A stretch of DNA of 38,040 nucleotides from a virus. Taxonomy: Duplodnaviria > Caudoviricetes. Positions 33,030 to 38,040 of this stretch are shown here, in pieces (the stretch's first letter is position 1; every line of letters begins with the position of its first letter). The notes beneath the pieces are model-generated. The model saw only the letters and a program-made list of their open reading frames with translations. It was not told where the DNA came from and made no database searches. The DNA is taken from IMG/VR virus record IMGVR_UViG_3300044849_000009, positions 1 through 38,040 of that record. One strand, 5' to 3'. The translations under genes and the position numbers were made by a program.

Positions 33030-33740
33030 ACGGCCTGAGCAGCCCTACCTGCTCACCAGCGTCAACGGACGCAGCAAACATTAGCACACAGGAGTTACAC
33101 CGATGCGCTAACCAATTTTGACTATGCCGAATCTCTGACCAGTAACCCATACCACGAAAGCGAGGCAGCCTATGCGGGGCAACACCTAAAAGCCCCTACA
33201 CGAATACAAAGATGGTTGATGCCCGAATGTTAACGGAGTTTGATACCTAGCAGCAGCGGCGCGACAACCATAACCCTAGAGTGAACTAGCAACGGGCTAA
33301 GGCGATTGGTCTCCCTTAGCCCGATAAATCCTAGAGACTACCAGCCGCAGACGCGGCCAGCACACAAAAAAGCCGTGAGGCGGCTACCCCACGGCTGACA
33401 CGACAGCACCTTAACAACGCTTGCAAAAGCACCAAGAATCAACGACCAGATGAGTTCATCGGCGCTTCTACGTTGGAATGAGAAGCGACCGCCGCAGAGC
33501 CAACGGTTTGTCATGACCCACCAGGCGAGCAGACCGCGCTAGGCGTAGAGTCAAGGCCAGTATTGTTTCACGACAGCGCGAAGCCTTGAACGTTGGTTCT
33601 TGGAATATCTACAGAAGTTTTGAGGTTGCGACCGCGCAGGAACGCAGATCGCAACCATTGATTGAGCTATCAACGCTAACAACACTAGCGCAGGTAGCAG
33701 ATAAACACAAGAGCAGATTGAGTACGAATCGAGTACATCT
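33030..33740 (+). ncRNA. Candidate large structured non-coding RNA region
   Basis: No plus-strand ORF of 60 aa or more lies within it; at least 10 stems, including a 13-bp long-range helix 33432-33444/33591-33603. Strand is inferred only from G-U pairs. Confidence 0.5.
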
Positions 33741-33755
33741 ATGCCTAGAAAGAGT

Positions 33756-33944
33756 ATGAGTGGCGCTGCTGAAACGCTAGTCAAGCTGGCAGAGCAGCGG
33801 TTGAGAGAGGCGAATCAATCACTGGATCAGGCCAAACGCGAGCCTGATACCAACGTCCGCAATCATAAAATCGCTGAAGCACAGGCCGCGATTGGCCGCG
33901 CTGAAGCTGAACTTAGAGAGGCCCGCTACCATGGCCGAGAATAA
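33756..33944 (+). CDS. Small helical-hairpin/coiled-coil protein
   Basis: Heptad pattern; start 33741 or 33756. Confidence 0.65.
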   Translation: MSGAAETLVKLAEQRLREANQSLDQAKREPDTNVRNHKIAEAQAAIGRAEAELREARYHGRE

Positions 33945-34128
33945 CCCTACAATCCGACGCGGTGAAACTTGTGTCGTCATCACTGGCACGACCCCGCACC
34001 AAGGCACGGTCATGAACGTGACCGCTAGCACCGTGCAAGTCCAAGTCAACGGCGTAGCATACCGCTTCAGCCGTAAATACACCCGCCGCACAATCTTGCA
34101 GCGGCTGGTGATTGAGGTGGCAGCATGA
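33931..34128 (+). CDS. Small KOW/SH3-like beta protein
   Basis: GAGG RBS; IRRGETCVVITG...GTVMNV...VQVQVNG. Confidence 0.65.
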   Translation: MAENNPTIRRGETCVVITGTTPHQGTVMNVTASTVQVQVNGVAYRFSRKYTRRTILQRLVIEVAA

Positions 34129-34298
34129 CGCGAGAAGAGCTACGACAACTGCTCGCCCTACTCGAAAAAGCCGAGCGGCATGCTGAACAACAATACAGCA
34201 GGCTATCAAGTGGTTATTGGTTTTTCTTCTGGATTGACATCAAAGACGCACGCTTGGCCGTGCGTGATTTTATCGACACCAGTGAGGCTGAAGCATGA
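34125..34298 (+). CDS. 57-aa hypothetical protein (not in ORF track)
   Basis: GAGGTGG RBS; ATGA coupling; MTREELRQLLALLEKAERH...SEAEA. Confidence 0.7.
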   Translation: MTREELRQLLALLEKAERHAEQQYSRLSSGYWFFFWIDIKDARLAVRDFIDTSEAEA

Positions 34299-34470
34299 AA
34301 ATCCGCATTTGCTGGCAATCAAAAATTACAGGCGCTGAAGGTTGTGCGGCGAATGGCTAGACGACAGCCCCGCGCTACGGCAACTGTATGCCGATATGCA
34401 ACGCCGATTGCCTGATATCGACCACTGGCTAGAAGAATGCGAGGCTGAAGCATGCAACGAATCCAAGTAG
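34295..34470 (+). pseudogene. Frameshifted small gene (apparent 2-bp insertion near 34343-34347)
   Basis: The coupled ORF stops at 34358-34360. Removing 2 nt gives a continuous MKIRICWQSKITGAEGCGEWLDD...IDHWLEE... that reaches the next gene. Confidence 0.55.
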
Positions 34471-34715
34471 CTGGCGAGTTCAGTAACGGCAACGAACTAA
34501 TCGAAGCCATCAAACGCCACCGCGCCAAAGAACTGGCTGCACTCCAAGAACAGTATCGCATCGCTGCCAAGAACTATACAGCGCGGATTAGCGACTTCAA
34601 CCGCACGCTAAACGATACCCACTGGTGTCAAGCGCAGCAGATCAAGGCCGATGCCGAGAAGATGCGCCAACGGATCGCTGAACTACAACACACAAAAGCG
34701 GCTGCTACCGAGTAG
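34452..34715 (+). CDS. Coiled-coil hypothetical protein
   Basis: GAGG RBS; helical composition. Confidence 0.75.
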   Translation: MQRIQVAGEFSNGNELIEAIKRHRAKELAALQEQYRIAAKNYTARISDFNRTLNDTHWCQAQQIKADAEKMRQRIAELQHTKAAATE

Positions 34716-34775
34716 GTAACGAGCCGCTTCCGTTTGAACACCATTTGACTATTAGTATACATGAGGTAACACCTA

Positions 34776-35516
34776 ATGACAAGCCCTTTTGAAGCCGCTA
34801 TGAATCCCAATAACAACAAGCCTAGTGAACTTGCCAAGCACAAGTTTGGCTACGTGTTCCACGTCGATGCGCGGTTTGTTGCCTTAGTGCCAGGCCAAGG
34901 CCGCGTCGCCTTTGATGAGCGTGTCCACGACATCAAAAAGCGCAGCGTTGAAACAACCATTCAGGTCGAACACAAAAAATCAGACGGCTCAACCTATCCG
35001 GTCAAACAAACCGAGCTTGACTGGTCAAAGCAATGGGCCGTCACTCGCGATAGCTTGATCGCCTTGAACCTCAAGAACGCTAGCGACCTCAAAAACCGCT
35101 ACGTGGAATACGAGTGGGTTGGCATCGGTGAGTTTTACAAGGTCAACGATGGTACGCAACGCGAGCGGCAAGGCATGCGCTTCATTCGCGTGTTCAACAA
35201 TCGCGAAGAGTGCGAAGCCGCTGAACGCGAATTTTATTCGCCGAAGTCGCCAGCCACTGCGCCAGCGGTTGCGCCTGATGTTCAAGCGTTTTTCAACGAA
35301 CGCGAGGCTAAAGCCGCTGTTGCAGCGCCAGTCGTTGCCGATGTCAACGACGCGCAACGCGCCATGATGGCAACGTTCCTGCCGCCGCTGTGGCAAAAAG
35401 CTAGTTTCAAGGCTGATGTTTTCCACGCCTTGATCGCTGCCAACCCCGTACTGGCGGCCACGTTCAACGCCAACAGCCCCGAGGTTGTTGCGCTGACCAG
35501 CGATGTAACGTTCTAG
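34776..35516 (+). CDS. Hypothetical replication/recombination-module protein (possible ssDNA-binding fold)
   Basis: GAGG RBS; aromatic/basic beta-rich N-domain, Ala/Pro linker, C-terminal F. Function is a guess from context. Confidence 0.7.
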   Translation: MTSPFEAAMNPNNNKPSELAKHKFGYVFHVDARFVALVPGQGRVAFDERVHDIKKRSVETTIQVEHKKSDGSTYPVKQTELDWSKQWAVTRDSLIALNLKNASDLKNRYVEYEWVGIGEFYKVNDGTQRERQGMRFIRVFNNREECEAAEREFYSPKSPATAPAVAPDVQAFFNEREAKAAVAAPVVADVNDAQRAMMATFLPPLWQKASFKADVFHALIAANPVLAATFNANSPEVVALTSDVTF

Positions 35517-35525
35517 GAGTACATC

Positions 35526-36215
35526 ATGTCAATAGTTGCCTTACAAGTTGATAATTTCCTTCCGATTCAAACGGCGTACCCTGTTGCGCCGCTTGAAACC
35601 TCACTCAACGATTGCAGCGCCGTGGTGTTGTGCCAAGATGCGATGCTGGTGGTGCTAGCCTTGGATTACGACAAGTTCTTGCAGATGCTGCAAACCCGCC
35701 AGCTACACCAACGCATGGACGCACTCAAGGCCCGCAGCGACTGGGCGTACCTGTACCTGATCGGCTCAGCACGACCCGACAGCAACGGTAATACCATTAT
35801 CAACGGCCATGCAACCAAGTGGAATTGGAACGCCATTCAAGGCGCGGTCATGAGCGTGCAAGATATGGGCGTGTCGGTGGCGCTCCTCGCTGATGAAGCG
35901 CAGTTTGGTGAGGCGTTGCGGCTGTTATCGGAGCGCGACCGCAGTACGAAGCGAGCGAAGCCAGTACGACACTACGAGCAGTTGTCACCCGCCGAGGAAG
36001 TGCTACTGTCGCTGCCCCACGTTGGCGAGCGCACCATGATCCGGCTACTGCACGAATACCGCTCAGCGGCATGGGCGTTGGTTGAATTGACCGCGCCAGA
36101 ATCGAAAATTGAAAACATCGGCGACAAAGCCAAGGCTGCGATCCGTGCGGCGCTTGGCTTAGCAGACGGTCAACGGCTGTACATCGCTGATGTTGATAAA
36201 GATTGGAAGAAATAA
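35526..36215 (+). CDS. ERCC4/XPF-like domain plus (HhH)2 protein, catalytic motif apparently degenerate
   Basis: WAYLYLIG...WNWNAIQGAVMSVQDMGV; HhH motifs LLSLPHVGER and IENIGDK; no ERK motif. Confidence 0.75.
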   Translation: MSIVALQVDNFLPIQTAYPVAPLETSLNDCSAVVLCQDAMLVVLALDYDKFLQMLQTRQLHQRMDALKARSDWAYLYLIGSARPDSNGNTIINGHATKWNWNAIQGAVMSVQDMGVSVALLADEAQFGEALRLLSERDRSTKRAKPVRHYEQLSPAEEVLLSLPHVGERTMIRLLHEYRSAAWALVELTAPESKIENIGDKAKAAIRAALGLADGQRLYIADVDKDWKK

Positions 36216-36217
36216 TA

Positions 36218-36697
36218 ATGAATACGATAAGTTATCCAATGCAACCACAACCCGATCAATCTATTGTCAGTTTCGAGAGTGGTGCAACTGCTGTCATTGG
36301 CTTTGATGCAGATGACCATGTTGTCGATAACCGTATCTTGTTTCACGGCAAGTACACGAATGACCCTATCAAACATCAAGGTAAGTACTACATTATCCGC
36401 GATGTTTCTGTTGTGAAACTTGATGGTCTATGGTGGTGGTATGTCGCAGTTGAAGATTACACGTTGGTCAATAAGTTTATGGAGGAAATTTGGGAGAAAT
36501 TTGAAGAAGCAATCGTGCGTGAGGTTGAACAATTTGCAATCAATCTTGATGATATGGAAACCAAGAAGTGCTATAGCGAAATTGAAGATCTTATTTATGA
36601 ACCCTGCAATCCAGATTCAGGATACAGCGCTCAAGAAATCCCCGCTTGTATTGCGCTTTACGCTGCGATCATCTACCACAAGGAACTCCAACAATGA
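36218..36697 (+). CDS. Hypothetical protein, paralog A
   Basis: Shares PQP..SIV...SG..AV.GFDADD.V.D......GKY with the next gene. Confidence 0.8.
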   Translation: MNTISYPMQPQPDQSIVSFESGATAVIGFDADDHVVDNRILFHGKYTNDPIKHQGKYYIIRDVSVVKLDGLWWWYVAVEDYTLVNKFMEEIWEKFEEAIVREVEQFAINLDDMETKKCYSEIEDLIYEPCNPDSGYSAQEIPACIALYAAIIYHKELQQ

Positions 36698-37236
36698 AAA
36701 CAAAAACCATAACCCGCCGCGCTGAACCACAGCCGCACCCAAGCATTGTGTACTGTACCAGCGGCGAATTTGCCGTTGTCGGTTTTGATGCTGATGACAA
36801 TGTAATTGATGCTAACTTGACGTTGCTTGGTAAGTATGTTGGCGACATTATTCGCATTCAAGAAGATGTTTACGACCCGCAAGCCGATCGCGTCAGGCCA
36901 ACCAATATGTACTACGTGATTGACGCGGCGCGGCTTGTGTTGATTGATACAACGTGGTACTGGATTATCGACGCATCGCACGACCCAGACGGTGAGGCGC
37001 GGCTGAAGTTCAATAAAGCATGGCATTGGCTCGGCGAAAACGCTAAATCGTACACCGCTTCTTACTTGCCTGATATTGCCGATCCGAGTGACACCGCCAA
37101 ACGAGCGATGCAAAACACGCTTGGAATTATCGCCGCGCAAATCAAAAACGGGAACTATGGCGATTACATCGAAGTGTTAAGTCATATCGCGGTGATTACC
37201 GCCGTTCTCTACAGCTACGAGGAAACCCAACAATGA
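36694..37236 (+). CDS. Hypothetical protein, paralog B
   Basis: AAGGA RBS; ATGA coupling; similar to paralog A. Confidence 0.8.
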   Translation: MKTKTITRRAEPQPHPSIVYCTSGEFAVVGFDADDNVIDANLTLLGKYVGDIIRIQEDVYDPQADRVRPTNMYYVIDAARLVLIDTTWYWIIDASHDPDGEARLKFNKAWHWLGENAKSYTASYLPDIADPSDTAKRAMQNTLGIIAAQIKNGNYGDYIEVLSHIAVITAVLYSYEETQQ

Positions 37237-37781
37237 CAGACCTCACCCTTGCCCCACAGCGGCAAATCACCAGCGACATTATTGAAATGGCTAAAGTCGG
37301 CGGCGAAATTATGTACGGGTCGCGCTTGTTTGGTGTGCCAACGCCAGAGGCCGCAGCCGCGATTATGTTGATGGCTCATGAACTTGGCTTTGGCCTGACG
37401 ACCAGCTTCAATAACTTTCACTTCATCGGCGGCAAGCCTGTGCTGTCGCCCAAAGGCGCGATGGCCCTGATTCATCGCAGCGGCCAGCTTGCCAGCATGA
37501 AAATTGACCGCACACCGGATAGCTGCACCGTGACCATGACCCGCCGCAGCGGCGTAAGCCACACCGAGACCTACACGCTAGCCGATGCCGAGCAAGCAGG
37601 CTTGATCCGCGAGGGCGGGCCATGGGTCAAGCAGCCACGCAATATGCTGCAATGGCGAGCCGTTGGCAACTGCGTCAACATCCTGTTCCCTGACGTGGTA
37701 GCAGGCTTGTACACGGCTGATGCCTTCGGCGCATCGGTCAACGAAGCGGGCGACGTAATCGACGGCGATTTTACGGAGTAA
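37233..37781 (+). CDS. RecT/Red-beta-like single-strand annealing protein
   Basis: ELGFG...FHFIGGKP, ALIHRSG, DAEQAGL, WVKQPRNMLQWRA, FPDVVAGLY. Confidence 0.85.
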   Translation: MTDLTLAPQRQITSDIIEMAKVGGEIMYGSRLFGVPTPEAAAAIMLMAHELGFGLTTSFNNFHFIGGKPVLSPKGAMALIHRSGQLASMKIDRTPDSCTVTMTRRSGVSHTETYTLADAEQAGLIREGGPWVKQPRNMLQWRAVGNCVNILFPDVVAGLYTADAFGASVNEAGDVIDGDFTE

Positions 37782-37786
37782 AAACT

Positions 37787-38040
37787 ATGACAGGCGATGA
37801 AATTATCAAGGCAGTTGAGGCGATCAAAGAATACATCGAAACACTTGATCGTTCAATTCATGAGTTGATGGACATGCGAAATGACGCAAAAGAAAACCTT
37901 GGATATGCACGCTATAAGCTTGAAGCAGCCCAAAAAGAATACAACAAAGCAAACGCCGCAGTTCACTTCGCTCTCAAGGAACGCGAAGATCTTATTGGCT
38001 CTATCGAAGATTTACGCGCCACCCTTGCCCCATATCTGAG
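37787..38040 (+). CDS. 86-aa coiled-coil protein spanning the circular junction (stop at 132-134)
   Basis: GGAG RBS; MTGDEIIKAVEAIKEYIETLD...LAPYLSN; ends 2 nt before the primase ATG. Confidence 0.8.
   Translation, partial: MTGDEIIKAVEAIKEYIETLDRSIHELMDMRNDAKENLGYARYKLEAAQKEYNKANAAVHFALKEREDLIGSIEDLRATLAPYL
37914..38040. repeat. Terminal direct repeat, right copy
   Basis: Identical to 1-127. Confidence 0.97.

Noticed and set aside
33446-33460. Hammerhead ribozyme core (CAGATGAG)
   Set aside because: It deviates from CUGAUGA, and I could not build the three stems with a GAAA core.
34114-34128. C-terminal -VAA as a degron on the KOW-like protein
   Set aside because: The residues are dictated by the overlapping RBS and start (GAGGTGGCAGCATGA) of the next gene.
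34732-34760. Shared promoter motif with the late promoter (TTTGAAC..CCATTTG.CTAT)
   Set aside because: Spacing differs and the -10 is not preserved; it cannot be told from chance by eye.

Overview
The window looks like a complete, circularly assembled genome of a temperate siphovirus-type phage. Bases 1-127 equal 37914-38040, giving a unit length of about 37.9 kb. Two convergent arms run out from a genetic switch at about 31.15-31.41 kb. The plus arm (31415 through the junction to 12544) carries small early genes, a Cro-like HTH, a RecT-like annealing protein, a Prim-Pol/SF3 primase-helicase, a VRR-NUC nuclease, a large serine integrase, C5 and adenine methyltransferases, a Lar-like protein and membrane proteins. 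The minus arm (31148 to 12604) carries the repressor, a candidate origin, holin and amidase, terminase, portal, Mu-gpT-type capsid and a non-contractile tail with a -1 frameshift chaperone. Main observations: (1) a probable attP inside the integrase 3' end carrying an antisense tRNA-His-like 3' end, so integration would replace a C-terminal tail ending in -YAA; (2) a promoter-driven leader/small RNA whose 5' end is complementary to the identical ribosome-binding regions of both divergent switch genes; (3) a roughly 720-nt hairpin-dense gene-free stretch in an early operon interrupted by several intrinsic terminators; (4) a two-frame, M.EcoHK31I-type C5 methyltransferase. A Chloroflexota host is a tentative inference. 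All calls were made by eye, with no database searches or folding programs.
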